This document shows positions 37,917 through 48,032 of a stretch of DNA of 64,000 nt, piece after piece; within the stretch, counting starts at the first letter, position 1, and each line of letters starts with the position of its first letter. Position numbers and translations under genes: made by a program. Source of the DNA: Lachnospiraceae bacterium (GTDB taxonomy: Bacteria; Bacillota; Clostridia; Lachnospirales; Lachnospiraceae); assembly GCA_024403415.1 (NCBI GenBank), contig JAKSRY010000004.1, forward strand, positions 26,536 to 90,535, written 5' to 3'. Under the pieces are notes generated by a model, which saw only the letters and a list, made by a program, of their open reading frames with translations, was not told the origin of the DNA and ran no database searches.

Positions 37917-39259
37917 TGGAGTCTGGTATGATGCCGGAAGACGTTAAATATATTATTGATACGATTAAAAAGGCCGGCTACGAAGCTTATGCAGTAGGCG
38001 GCTGTATTCGTGATATGTTACTTGGAAAAGTACCTGCTGATTATGATATTACAACATCTGCAGAGCCTGAGGTTGTCAAAAAACTTTTTCGAAGGACGAT
38101 TGATACTGGAATTAAGCATGGCACGGTAACTGTTATGCTTAAGGATAAAGGCTATGAGATTACAACCTATCGAATTGACGGAAAGTATGAAGATGGAAGA
38201 CATCCTTTGGAAGTCACATTTACAAAATCTCTTAAGGAAGATCTTTTAAGACGTGATTTTACGATAAATGCCATGGCATATAATGACGAAGATGGTCTTC
38301 AGGATCCATTTAATGGGCAACAGGACCTAAAGGATGGTATCATCAGATGTGTAGGCAACCCGATGGAGAGATTTTCGGAGGATGCATTAAGAATGATGCG
38401 TGCAGTAAGATTTTCTGCACAATTGGGATATGAAATAGAAGAAGAGACCTTAAAAGCAGTTAAAGAGCTTGCCGGTACAATAAGTGCTGTCAGTATGGAG
38501 AGAATTCAGGTTGAGATGACAAAACTTCTGACATCAGATAATCCTGAAAGACTCCTGCTTGCTTATGAGACAGGGTTGACCGGGTATTTTCTGCCTGAGT
38601 TTGATGCAATGATGAAGACGCCTCAAAATCATCCGCATCATATGTATTCTGTAGGCCTGCATACCATAAAGAGCATGGAGAACGTCAGGCCGGATAAATA
38701 TTTAAGGTTTGCCATGTTGTTGCACGATAGCGGTAAACCGCTCGTAAAAACGACAGGTGAGGATGGCATAGATCATTTTCATGGTCATCAGAGTAAGTCT
38801 GGTGAGTTGGCGGTTGAAGTATTAAGAAGGCTTAAGTTTGACAACAAAACTGTTGATATTGTTTCGAAGCTTGCCAAACTTCATGATTGTTCGATAGGAG
38901 AAGATGAAACTTCAATACGAAAAGCGGTTAATAAAATTGGAGAAGAAATATTTCCACTCCTGCTTGAAGTTAAGTATGGCGATATAATGGCTCAGAGCAA
39001 TTATTTAAGAGAGGAAAAACTCTCGAAACTTGAGGCGGTCAAAGCAGGATACCGGGAAGTATTATCGAAGAAGGATTGCGTCAGTCTTAAAAGTATGAAG
39101 ATAACCGGTGGAGATTTGATTGCAATCGGATACCGGCCGGGACCGGAACTTGGCAGCGAATTAAACAGTCTGCTTGAAAGAGTTCTGAATAATCCTGAGC
39201 TTAATGACAATGAAATTTTGCTCAATATGGCAAAAGAGGATTTGAATGAAAAAAACTGA
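37913..39259 (+). CDS. cca: CCA-adding tRNA nucleotidyltransferase with HD domain
   Basis: GGCIRDMLLGKVPADYDITT, RRDFTINAMA, HD region HPHHMYSVGLH...LLHDSGKP. Confidence 0.88.
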   Translation: MMESGMMPEDVKYIIDTIKKAGYEAYAVGGCIRDMLLGKVPADYDITTSAEPEVVKKLFRRTIDTGIKHGTVTVMLKDKGYEITTYRIDGKYEDGRHPLEVTFTKSLKEDLLRRDFTINAMAYNDEDGLQDPFNGQQDLKDGIIRCVGNPMERFSEDALRMMRAVRFSAQLGYEIEEETLKAVKELAGTISAVSMERIQVEMTKLLTSDNPERLLLAYETGLTGYFLPEFDAMMKTPQNHPHHMYSVGLHTIKSMENVRPDKYLRFAMLLHDSGKPLVKTTGEDGIDHFHGHQSKSGELAVEVLRRLKFDNKTVDIVSKLAKLHDCSIGEDETSIRKAVNKIGEEIFPLLLEVKYGDIMAQSNYLREEKLSKLEAVKAGYREVLSKKDCVSLKSMKITGGDLIAIGYRPGPELGSELNSLLERVLNNPELNDNEILLNMAKEDLNEKN

Positions 39260-40694
39260 TTATACTAAAATTTTAATATTTATATCATTACTTGTTCTTG
39301 TCCTGACAGGTTGTGCCAGAGGTATGGCACATGAAGCGGAATTTACAAGCAGTTATGGAAATAACGAAATAGAAAATGAGAACATCTATGTTTCGTTTGC
39401 ACAGGGAATATATAAAGGCTGCAACAGGGAAACAGGAGAATTCTATTTTTACAGACTGGGTTCTGGCGAAGAAGTAACGCTTTTATTTGATGGAACGACA
39501 ACGATTAATGATAAATATGGTCAGCCTATGTCCATAGAGATGCTACGGCCTTCGGATATCATAAATATAGCCTATAGTGCCGAACTACAAAAAGCCGGAG
39601 CCATTGTTATTACGCCTGAGGTTCTTACAATATCAAATATTTCTAAATATACTGTGGATGAGAGTGGTCAGAGTATAGTTGTCGGTGATGAGACTTTCTT
39701 CTTTGATGCGAATGCAGTTTTGTTTTCAAATGGTTTTGAACTGACACCCAATCAGTTGATAAGCAAGGATGTTATAACCATAAATACAATAGACAGGAAG
39801 GTATATTCACTTATTGTTGATGATGGACATGGTTATTTGCAGCTTACCAACGAAGATTCGCTTATAGGTGGATGGATAGAGATAGGTAATCAGGTAATTT
39901 CCCAGGTGATGAGCGACATGATGATCACTGTCCCGGAAGGTACCTATAATGTCAGACTGACAAATACAGGAATAGAAGAATATCGTGAAGTTACAATTCG
40001 AAGGAATGAAGTGACTTCTCTTGATCTTGGAGATATTGTCTCAAGTGTTCCGGAAAAGGGTATAGTCTCTTTCAGCATAACACCACAGAATGCAGTTGCT
40101 TATCTTGATGGCAGTTATATTGATCATACAATGAAAATGAAGATCCCCGTCGGAGTTCATGAGATTACTGTTTCTGCTTCAGGTTACAGCACAGTAACTC
40201 AATATTTTGAGGTGACTGGAATCAATCAGAATGTGGAAGTGGACCTTGAGAATGAAACGACAATAAGTACAGTTTCTGGTAACGCGGTTAATAAAAATTT
40301 ATATGCTACAGTAACCATTGAGTCACCGATTGATGCAGAAGTATATGAAGATAATATATATAAGGGAATAACACCCAGCAGCTACCAGAAAACGCCGGGA
40401 ACGCATACAATTACTCTTCATAAAAACGGATATGTGACAGTAAGCTATACAATATATGTTGAAGACGATGGACTTGATCAGAGTTTTTCTTTCCCGGAGC
40501 TTGTACCGGAAAGATCGGATGTGACATACGATGCAAATGGTAATCCCATAAATAATACGAATACAGTAAGTGGAAATAATATAAATAATGGTAACGGAGG
40601 GAATAATACGGTAAGTGGAAACACCATAAGCGGAAATACAATCAGTGGAAACAGCGTACCAACCTCACCCCCCTCACCGACTGCCGAACCATAA
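39246..40694 (+). CDS. Lipoprotein with PEGA domains and a C-terminal T-x-S-G-N repeat / Pro-rich tail
   Basis: Lipobox LVLTGC. PEGA-like ITVSASGYSTVTQYFEV and ITLHKNGYVTVSYTIYV. Tail NTVSGNNINNGNGGNNTVSGNTISGNTISGNSVPTSPPSPTAEP. Confidence 0.7.
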   Translation: MKKTDYTKILIFISLLVLVLTGCARGMAHEAEFTSSYGNNEIENENIYVSFAQGIYKGCNRETGEFYFYRLGSGEEVTLLFDGTTTINDKYGQPMSIEMLRPSDIINIAYSAELQKAGAIVITPEVLTISNISKYTVDESGQSIVVGDETFFFDANAVLFSNGFELTPNQLISKDVITINTIDRKVYSLIVDDGHGYLQLTNEDSLIGGWIEIGNQVISQVMSDMMITVPEGTYNVRLTNTGIEEYREVTIRRNEVTSLDLGDIVSSVPEKGIVSFSITPQNAVAYLDGSYIDHTMKMKIPVGVHEITVSASGYSTVTQYFEVTGINQNVEVDLENETTISTVSGNAVNKNLYATVTIESPIDAEVYEDNIYKGITPSSYQKTPGTHTITLHKNGYVTVSYTIYVEDDGLDQSFSFPELVPERSDVTYDANGNPINNTNTVSGNNINNGNGGNNTVSGNTISGNTISGNSVPTSPPSPTAEP

Positions 40695-40793
40695 ATGAAC
40701 AGGTATTTCAAAGTAAATGTGGTTTACGTAAGTTTTGGTAACTCCAAAAGGTCAGAAAACCTTGATTTTTCGGCAAAAAATGGGCTTTTTTCT

Positions 40794-40822
40794 ATTGACT
40801 TTTCAAGGCTAAAAAGCTATAA
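40794..40822 (+). promoter_or_regulatory. Sigma-70-type promoter of hup
   Basis: TTGACT, 17-nt spacer, TATAAA, about 60 nt upstream of the AGGAGG SD of hup. Confidence 0.6.
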
Positions 40823-40884
40823 ATGTAATAGACGTTTTGATGTAATCGTCGTGTAAATATGTTTTTATATAGGAGGAGTTCACA

Positions 40885-41157
40885 ATGAACAAGACAGAAT
40901 TAGTTGAAGTTATGGCTAAAGATGCCGGAGTATCTAAGAAGGATGCTGAAAAGGCATTAAACGCATTCACAGATGCAGTTAAGGCAGCATTAAAGAAGGG
41001 TGATAAGGTTCAGTTAGTTGGTTTCGGTACTTTCGAAGTATCTGAAAGAGCTGCAAGAACAGGACGTAATCCTCAGACAGGCGCTGAAATGAAGATCGCT
41101 GCTTCTAAGGCTCCTAAGTTCAAGGCTGGTAAGGCATTAAAGGATGCTCTTAACTAA
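40885..41157 (+). CDS. hup: HU-family DNA-binding protein
   Basis: [15 protein letters not shown]...[21 protein letters not shown], 90 aa, strong AGGAGG SD. Confidence 0.95.
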   Translation: MNKTELVEVMAKDAGVSKKDAEKALNAFTDAVKAALKKGDKVQLVGFGTFEVSERAARTGRNPQTGAEMKIAASKAPKFKAGKALKDALN

Positions 41158-41179
41158 TCAACCGATATAGGAAGAATCC

Positions 41180-41214
41180 AAGGGCTTGCTCATCCGGGCA
41201 AGCCCTTTTGTTAT
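41180..41214 (+). terminator. Intrinsic terminator of hup
   Basis: AAGGGCTTGC / GCAAGCCCTT 10-bp stem followed by TTTGTTAT. Confidence 0.8.
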
Positions 41215-41234
41215 GGTGATGAGGTATATGGAAT

Positions 41235-41474
41235 ATGCGATTAGATAAGTACTTAAAGGTATCAAGACTGATTAAGAGACGTACGGTAGCAAATGAAGCA
41301 TGTGATGCAGGCCGTGTTTCCATTAATGGAAATGTCGCCAAGGCCTCTGTTAATGTTAAGGTTGGAGATATAATAAAAATCAGTTTTGGAAACAAAGATC
41401 TGGAAGTAAAAGTAACTTCTGTTCAGGAAACAGTCAAAAAAGAGGAAGCTAAAGAGCTTTTTGAATATTTATAA
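41235..41474 (+). CDS. S4-domain RNA-binding protein (YabO/Hsp15-like)
   Basis: MRLDKYLKVSRLIKRRTVANEACDAGRVSINGNVAKAS, 79 aa. Position matches B. subtilis yabO. Confidence 0.85.
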   Translation: MRLDKYLKVSRLIKRRTVANEACDAGRVSINGNVAKASVNVKVGDIIKISFGNKDLEVKVTSVQETVKKEEAKELFEYL

Positions 41475-41575
41475 ACAAAATATAGTGTTATTAAAAAATA
41501 TAAGTACTACATGTTGTATTATTATGTTAACTTAATAATATTAGCGTAAATGTTGAAAAATCAATAAAAAACAGG

Positions 41576-41604
41576 TTGACGGTTTGCATAATATTGGTTA
41601 CTAT
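41576..41604 (+). promoter_or_regulatory. Candidate promoter placing the TSS on the ftsB/divIC ATG
   Basis: TTGACG (41576-41581), 17-nt spacer, TACTAT (41599-41604). The A of the ATG at 41611 is the 7th nt after the -10. No SD. Confidence 0.4.
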
Positions 41605-41610
41605 AATATT

Positions 41611-41919
41611 ATGTCACCCAATAGAAGACCAATTAAGGAAAATAAAGTTGCCAGAATGATAATCAACTTTATCATAGTGTTGCTGGTATTAGTGGTGGCG
41701 GTTAAAAGCTACGAGCTTAGGCAAAAGAAGAATGAGTATGCCCAGAGGGAAGCATATTTGTCAGAGGAAATTGCCAAGGAAGAGGAAAGAGCTGAAAAAA
41801 TCGCCGAGTATGAGACCTATACCAAAACGAAAGCTTATGTCGAAGAAATAGCACGAGATAAGCTTGGATTGGTGTACGAAGGTGAGTTGCTGTTTAAGGA
41901 TGAAAGCAAGGATAAATGA
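41611..41919 (+). CDS. Septum formation initiator FtsB/DivIC-family protein
   Basis: Short basic N-terminus, TM MIINFIIVLLVLVVAV, coiled coil, C-terminal ARDKLGLVYEGELLF. The track's TTG at 41584 lies inside the predicted promoter. Confidence 0.75.
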   Translation: MSPNRRPIKENKVARMIINFIIVLLVLVVAVKSYELRQKKNEYAQREAYLSEEIAKEEERAEKIAEYETYTKTKAYVEEIARDKLGLVYEGELLFKDESKDK

Positions 41920-43273
41920 TTTTATTAACAGATATGATATGATTCACGATGGCGATACTGTTGTGATTGGAGTATCAGGAGGCGCAGATTCTGTATGCCT
42001 CCTTTTTTTGTTGTGTCAAATATCCGGAGATAAGAATTTTAATATAGAAGTGGTTCATGTTAATCATATGCTGAGACCTTCTGCAGATTATGAGCAGGAG
42101 TTCGTGAGGAAGCTGACAGAAGACCTGGGAAAACGTTTTGGACATAATATTATATTCCATGCCAAAAAAGCGGATATCAAAACGTTGTCTCATGATAACG
42201 GGATGTCAACTGAGGAAATGGGACGAAAAATCAGATATGATTTTATGAGAGAGGTTTTGGGAGACAGAAAAGGTGTTATTGCTGTTGCTCATCATGCGGA
42301 TGACAGGGCCGAAACGATGCTTTTCAATATTTTCAGAGGATCATCTCTTCAGGGACTGAAGGGTATGGCACCTGTGAACGGAGATATCATTAGACCGCTT
42401 CTTTGTTTTGAAAGATATGAAATTGAAAATTATCTTGCCGATATGAATATGTCATATGTCACCGACGAATCAAATCTGACGGATGATTACACACGAAATA
42501 AAATTCGTCACAATATCATTCCCTATGTAAAAGATAATATTGTCAGCGGTGCCGTAAAGAATATGTGTCACTTGTCGGACATGGTTATTAAGGCAGAAGA
42601 TTTTTTAAGTACGGAAACAAAAAGAGCATTGGACAGATGCACTGTTAAGCAGGAAGAAAAGAAAGTCAGTATAGATACAGGAATACTACTTGCAGAGCAT
42701 GATTACATCGTAGACAGAGTGCTGTATGACGTTTTATGTATGGTTGCGGGTAAGAAAAAAGATATTGTTTCCGAACATATACAGCAGATTAAAAACATAT
42801 TATCTGCACCGGGAACCAGAAAGCTTGATATGCCATATGATGTCAGAATAATAAAAGAGTATGACATTTTAACCGTTAAAGTCAAAAAAGTTGGTGAAGC
42901 GAGCGAAAAAATACCCACGATTGACCTTAAAATGAATATTTTAGAAAAATTTAATATATGTGATATACCACGAGGAAACTATACTAAATGGTTTGATTAT
43001 GATAAAATATCCACTGTTGCCACAGTAAGAACAAGGCATACCGGAGATTATCTTATATTGAACCTGCAGGGAGACAGAAAGTCCTTAAAGGACTACTTCA
43101 TTAACGAAAAAATTCCTAAAGATGAGAGAGATAAGATACAACTGCTTACCGATGGTTCTCATGTTATGTGGATTATCGGAATGAGAATGAGTGAATATTA
43201 CAAGGTGACAGAGGATACAGTCAGAGTTTTGGAGGTCAGCTATGAAGGAACAGATAAAGGTGTTGCTTTCTGA
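41900..43273 (+). CDS. tilS: tRNA(Ile)-lysidine synthetase
   Basis: PP-loop VIGVSGGADSVCLLFLL, HVNHMLR, AHHADDRAET. ATG at 41900 overlaps the ftsB end. Confidence 0.9.
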   Translation: MKARINDFINRYDMIHDGDTVVIGVSGGADSVCLLFLLCQISGDKNFNIEVVHVNHMLRPSADYEQEFVRKLTEDLGKRFGHNIIFHAKKADIKTLSHDNGMSTEEMGRKIRYDFMREVLGDRKGVIAVAHHADDRAETMLFNIFRGSSLQGLKGMAPVNGDIIRPLLCFERYEIENYLADMNMSYVTDESNLTDDYTRNKIRHNIIPYVKDNIVSGAVKNMCHLSDMVIKAEDFLSTETKRALDRCTVKQEEKKVSIDTGILLAEHDYIVDRVLYDVLCMVAGKKKDIVSEHIQQIKNILSAPGTRKLDMPYDVRIIKEYDILTVKVKKVGEASEKIPTIDLKMNILEKFNICDIPRGNYTKWFDYDKISTVATVRTRHTGDYLILNLQGDRKSLKDYFINEKIPKDERDKIQLLTDGSHVMWIIGMRMSEYYKVTEDTVRVLEVSYEGTDKGVAF

Positions 43274-43769
43274 AGAAGAAGTAAATGCAAGAGTAAAAGA
43301 ATTAGGAAAGAAAATAACTGAAGAGTATGCAGGTGAAAGTGTTCATATTGTTTGCATTCTGAAAGGAGCGGTTTTCTTTGCATGTGAGCTTGCCAAGAGA
43401 ATTGAGGTTCCTGTATCACTTGATTTTATGTCTGTTTCAAGTTATCAGGGAACTACTTCAACAGGAGAGGTTCAGATAATTAAGGATTTGGAACATAGTA
43501 TAGAAGGAAAAAACGTAATTGTTGTTGAGGATATTGTTGATACCGGACGTACCCTGCATTATCTGCTTTCAAATCTTTCAAGCAGAAACCCCAAATCATT
43601 AAAGCTTTGTACACTTTTGGACAAACCTGACAGAAGAGTGGTTGATGTTAATGTTAATTACACCGGTTTTGATATTCCGGATGAATTTGTGGTTGGTTTT
43701 GGTCTTGATTATGATCAAAAATACAGAAACCTTCCATATATTGGAGTTGTTGAATTTGTTGAAAAATAA
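43242..43769 (+). CDS. hpt: Hypoxanthine phosphoribosyltransferase
   Basis: PRPP motif [14 protein letters not shown], 175 aa, GGAGG SD, classical tilS-hpt-ftsH order. Confidence 0.93.
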   Translation: MKEQIKVLLSEEEVNARVKELGKKITEEYAGESVHIVCILKGAVFFACELAKRIEVPVSLDFMSVSSYQGTTSTGEVQIIKDLEHSIEGKNVIVVEDIVDTGRTLHYLLSNLSSRNPKSLKLCTLLDKPDRRVVDVNVNYTGFDIPDEFVVGFGLDYDQKYRNLPYIGVVEFVEK

Positions 43770-43786
43770 TAGGGAGGAATATTGAT

Positions 43787-45601
43787 TTGAAACCAAGAAG
43801 AGGTGTAAGCCTTTATTTTCTGCTTATGATAGCAGTACTTGCGATAATGATTGTTCCAAATCTTTTGATGGATAATCAAAGCAAGTATTCCAAGGCTGAA
43901 TTAAAAAGTGATATTGCCAACGGAGCAATCGCAGAAGCATATATTTCACCAAGCAAAGTATCTCCGACGGGTGAAGTGAACTTTATATTAAAAAGCGGTA
44001 CGAAAAAGGTTCTGTATGTTAATAATGTATCTGAAACAGAAAAGTATTTAGAGGAAGCGGGAATTCCAAGAGTAGTGGTTAACAAGGTTGAAGAAGACAG
44101 CTGGTTTATGGACAACCTTCTTCCACTTCTTATCTGTGTTGTACTTATGGTATTTCTTATGTCTGTTATGTCAGGTGGTGGCGGAGGAAACTCTACCAAC
44201 GCCAAGATGATGAATTTTGGTAAGTCAAGAGCCAAGATGACAACAGAGAGTAAGATTACTTTTAAGGATGTTGCCGGATTAAAGGAAGAAAAAGAGCAGA
44301 TGCAGGAAGTTGTAGAGTTCCTTAAGGACCCTCAGAAATTTACTGCAGTTGGTGCCAGAATCCCTACCGGTATTCTTATGGAAGGTGCACCCGGTACCGG
44401 TAAAACTTTACTTGCAAAAGCTATTGCAGGAGAGGCAGGAGTGCCATTCTTCTCAATTTCCGGATCTGATTTCGTTGAAATGTTTGTCGGTGTCGGTGCT
44501 TCGAGAGTGCGTGACTTATTTGAAGATGCCAAGAAAAATGCTCCATGTATTGTATTTATTGATGAAATTGATGCAGTTGCAAGAAGAAGAGGAACCGGTC
44601 TTGGTGGAGGTCATGACGAAAGAGAACAGACTCTTAACCAGTTGCTTGTTGAGATGGACGGATTTGAGGAAAACAGTGGTATTATCGTAATGGCTGCTAC
44701 CAACAGAGTAGATATTCTTGATCCTGCCATATTGAGACCGGGACGATTCGACAGAAAGATAACAGTCAGTCATCCCGATGTCGGCGGAAGAGAAGAAATA
44801 CTTGCCGTACATACAAAGAATAAACCTTTAGCTGAGGATGTGGACCTTAAGAGAGTTGCTCAGACTACAGCAGGATTCACAGGAGCAGACCTTGCAAACC
44901 TTATGAACGAATCTGCAATCAGTGCTGCTAAAAACAGCAGGGCATATATTGTTCAGAAGGATATCGAAGAATCATTCATCAAAATAGGAATGGGAGTTGA
45001 AAAGAAGTCAAGAATCGTAACTGAGGAAGAAAAGAAACTCACAGCCTATCATGAAGCGGGACATGCAATTTTGTTCCACGTTCTTCCAAAGATGGATCCT
45101 GTATATATGATTTCCATTATTCCTACTGGACTTGGAGCCGGCGGATTTACAATGCCTCTTCCTGAAAAGGATGATATGTATCTGACAAAGTCAGAAATAG
45201 AGCAGAACATTATGGTTGCTCTTGGCGGACGTATTGCAGAAGAACTTATATTTGATGATATTTCTACAGGTGCAAGCAACGATATTAAGCAGGCTACCAA
45301 GAGAGCAAGAAGTATGGTTACCAAGTACGGAATGTCCAAGGAACTTGGTATGGTAAATTATGAGAGTGACGACAGTGAAGTATTTATCGGTCGTGATCTT
45401 GCTCATGCGAAATCATTCAGTGAAGCTGTTTCCGGCAGAATAGATGAAGAAGTTAAGAGAATAGTTGATGAATGTTATTCTAAGGCTAAAGATATTATCG
45501 TAGAAAATATGGATGTTCTTCATTCATGCGCAAAACTTCTTCTTGAGAAAGAAAGAATCGGTCGTGAAGAGTTTGAAGCATTATTCAATAGTGCTTTTTA
45601 G
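43787..45601 (+). CDS. ftsH: ATP-dependent zinc metalloprotease FtsH
   Basis: Walker [24 protein letters not shown], Walker [14 protein letters not shown], zinc site HEAGHAI. TTG start with GGGAGG SD. Confidence 0.95.
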   Translation: MKPRRGVSLYFLLMIAVLAIMIVPNLLMDNQSKYSKAELKSDIANGAIAEAYISPSKVSPTGEVNFILKSGTKKVLYVNNVSETEKYLEEAGIPRVVVNKVEEDSWFMDNLLPLLICVVLMVFLMSVMSGGGGGNSTNAKMMNFGKSRAKMTTESKITFKDVAGLKEEKEQMQEVVEFLKDPQKFTAVGARIPTGILMEGAPGTGKTLLAKAIAGEAGVPFFSISGSDFVEMFVGVGASRVRDLFEDAKKNAPCIVFIDEIDAVARRRGTGLGGGHDEREQTLNQLLVEMDGFEENSGIIVMAATNRVDILDPAILRPGRFDRKITVSHPDVGGREEILAVHTKNKPLAEDVDLKRVAQTTAGFTGADLANLMNESAISAAKNSRAYIVQKDIEESFIKIGMGVEKKSRIVTEEEKKLTAYHEAGHAILFHVLPKMDPVYMISIIPTGLGAGGFTMPLPEKDDMYLTKSEIEQNIMVALGGRIAEELIFDDISTGASNDIKQATKRARSMVTKYGMSKELGMVNYESDDSEVFIGRDLAHAKSFSEAVSGRIDEEVKRIVDECYSKAKDIIVENMDVLHSCAKLLLEKERIGREEFEALFNSAF

Positions 45602-45754
45602 TAAAAATACACAAAAAGAAGGTAATAAAATTGTAGAATTTGTGGAAGTTACGCATTGTACGTAAAATGGTTGGGTGATAGTATACTACTTGTAACCCCC
45701 AATACATTTTTTTATAGTTTTTGCTATACCCCATAAGAAAGAAATACCTTCTCT

Positions 45755-45788
45755 AAAACAGGCAGTTGCTTTAAGCACTGTCTGTTTT
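45755..45788. terminator. Strong A/U-flanked hairpin (bidirectional-type terminator) 150 nt downstream of ftsH
   Basis: AAAACAGGCAGT(T)GC-TTTAA-GCACTGTCTGTTTT. Confidence 0.65.
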
Positions 45789-45905
45789 ACTGTGTTCTAA
45801 GATTATAAACTCACTTGAAACCTGTAATATATTCTATTAAAATAGATATGATGCTCATTCCGATTTAATGGGTACAATAAAGAAGAAAGTATAAAGAGAA
45901 TCGAT

Positions 45906-48011
45906 ATGGATCATACTTTATTATCCAAAGTCGAAAAAAACAGCATGTATATTTTTGAAATGAGACCTCCTTTCAATAAAAAAGCTGTTTTTTCAGATAC
46001 TACAGAAAATTATTTATCACCTGCAGAACCAAATCCGTATTCTGCTGCCTCAGTTAAAATCAGAGTAGAGAAGAATAATGTTGATAAAATCTATTTAGTT
46101 CATAATGGCAACAAGTACCAGATGTATGAAGAAGAAAAAGATGATGTGTTTTCATATTTTTCAACAACAATAGAGCTGGAAGATGTTGAATTTACATATT
46201 ATTTCGAAATACATGCAAGTCATGTAATTTATACGTACGATACAAGTGGTGTCGGTAAAAATACCAATGAAAGTGCATACTTCAGAATTGTACCGGGCTT
46301 CAAAACTCCCGAATGGGCCAAGGGAGCCGTAATGTATCAGATATATGTCGATCGTTTTTGTAACGGAGACAAGTCGAATGATGTACTTACCAATGAGTAC
46401 AAATATATAGGTGAGAACTCTGTAAGAGTTGAAGACTGGGAAAAGTATCCCGACACAATGGATGTCAGATCTTTTTATGGCGGCGATCTGCAGGGTGTCC
46501 TTGATAAGATGGATTATCTCTCTGACCTTGGAATTGATGTTATTTACTTCAACCCGCTCTTTGTTTCACCCTCCAACCATAAATATGACAGCCAGGATTA
46601 TGACAATATAGATCCGCATATCGGTAAGATTGTTCATGATGAGGGAGAACTTCTTGTTGACGGCAGATACGAGAATAAGGATGCGACAAGATATATTGAC
46701 AGAGTAACGAATCCCGCTAATCTTGAGGCCTCCAACCAGTTGTTTGCAAAGGTTGTGGAAGAGGCTCATAAGAGAGGAATAAAGGTTTTACTTGATGGGG
46801 TATTCAATCATTGTGGATCCTTTAATAAATGGCTGGACAGAGAACAGATATATGAAAATGCCGAAGGCTACGGAAAAGGCGCATATATAAGCCAAGACAG
46901 CCAGTTTCATAATTATTTTCAGTTTAATGATGAAAACAGATTTCCATATAATCCGACATATGATGGATGGTGGGGTCATGATACATTACCAAAACTGAAT
47001 TATGAAAATTCAAGAGAATTATTTGATTATGTAATGAAAATTGCCGCAAAATGGGTTTCGCCTCCGTATAATGCGGATGGTTGGAGACTGGATGTTGCAG
47101 CAGATCTTGGACACAGTCCGGAATATAACCACTACTTCTGGCATGAGTTCAGAAGTGCTGTAAGAATGGCTAACCCCAATGCCATTGTTCTTGCAGAACA
47201 TTATGGTTCCCCACGTGCCTGGCTTAATGGCAGGGAATGGGATACAGTAATGAACTATGATGCTTTTATGGAGCCTGTAACCTGGTTTTTGACAGGTATG
47301 CAGAAGCATAGTGATGACTTCAGAGGAGATCTTCTTGGAAATTCCGACAGCTTTATCGGAGCCATGAATCACCATATGGCAGATTTTCCGACACCGTCAT
47401 TACAGATGGCGATGAATGAGCTGTCAAATCATGACCACAGCCGATTCCTGACACGAACAAACAGACGTGTGGGAAGAACCAATTATCTTGGTCCTGAAGC
47501 GGCAAATGAAGGAATAAATACAGCTGTAATGCGTGAGGCTGTTGTGATTCAATTTACCTGGCCCGGTTCACCTACTATTTACTATGGAGATGAAGCAGGC
47601 GTCTGTGGATGGACAGATCCGGATAACAGAAGAACTTATCCATGGGGCCATGAAGACACTGAAATGATAGCTTTTCATCAGAAGATGATAAAGATACACA
47701 AAGAAAACAGAGAACTTATCACAGGTTCACTTAAATATGTTGCCAACGGCTATAATATTCTAGGTTACGGAAGATTTTCAAAGGATGAAGTTTGTGTAGT
47801 CCTTATTAATAACAATGATCATGAAGTAACGGAAGAGATTTCTGTATGGCAGTTGGGAATTCCAAAGGAAGCAGTTGTTAAGCAGCTGATAATGACTTCA
47901 GATAAAGGCTTTAGCGTAGGTGGAGCTGAACATGTTGTTTTTGGCGGCAAACTGAATATAACAATGCCGGCAACATCTGCTTATGTATTAAAGTATAGCG
48001 CCAAAGAGTAA
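45906..48011 (+). CDS. GH13 alpha-amylase-family enzyme (neopullulanase/cyclomaltodextrinase-like), cytoplasmic
   Basis: Regions GIDVIYFNPLF, VLLDGVFNHCG, DGWRLDVAADL, IVLAEHYG, LSNHDHSRF. No signal peptide. Confidence 0.85.
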   Translation: MDHTLLSKVEKNSMYIFEMRPPFNKKAVFSDTTENYLSPAEPNPYSAASVKIRVEKNNVDKIYLVHNGNKYQMYEEEKDDVFSYFSTTIELEDVEFTYYFEIHASHVIYTYDTSGVGKNTNESAYFRIVPGFKTPEWAKGAVMYQIYVDRFCNGDKSNDVLTNEYKYIGENSVRVEDWEKYPDTMDVRSFYGGDLQGVLDKMDYLSDLGIDVIYFNPLFVSPSNHKYDSQDYDNIDPHIGKIVHDEGELLVDGRYENKDATRYIDRVTNPANLEASNQLFAKVVEEAHKRGIKVLLDGVFNHCGSFNKWLDREQIYENAEGYGKGAYISQDSQFHNYFQFNDENRFPYNPTYDGWWGHDTLPKLNYENSRELFDYVMKIAAKWVSPPYNADGWRLDVAADLGHSPEYNHYFWHEFRSAVRMANPNAIVLAEHYGSPRAWLNGREWDTVMNYDAFMEPVTWFLTGMQKHSDDFRGDLLGNSDSFIGAMNHHMADFPTPSLQMAMNELSNHDHSRFLTRTNRRVGRTNYLGPEAANEGINTAVMREAVVIQFTWPGSPTIYYGDEAGVCGWTDPDNRRTYPWGHEDTEMIAFHQKMIKIHKENRELITGSLKYVANGYNILGYGRFSKDEVCVVLINNNDHEVTEEISVWQLGIPKEAVVKQLIMTSDKGFSVGGAEHVVFGGKLNITMPATSAYVLKYSAKE

Positions 48012-48032
48012 TTGCATTAAAAGGAATAAATC

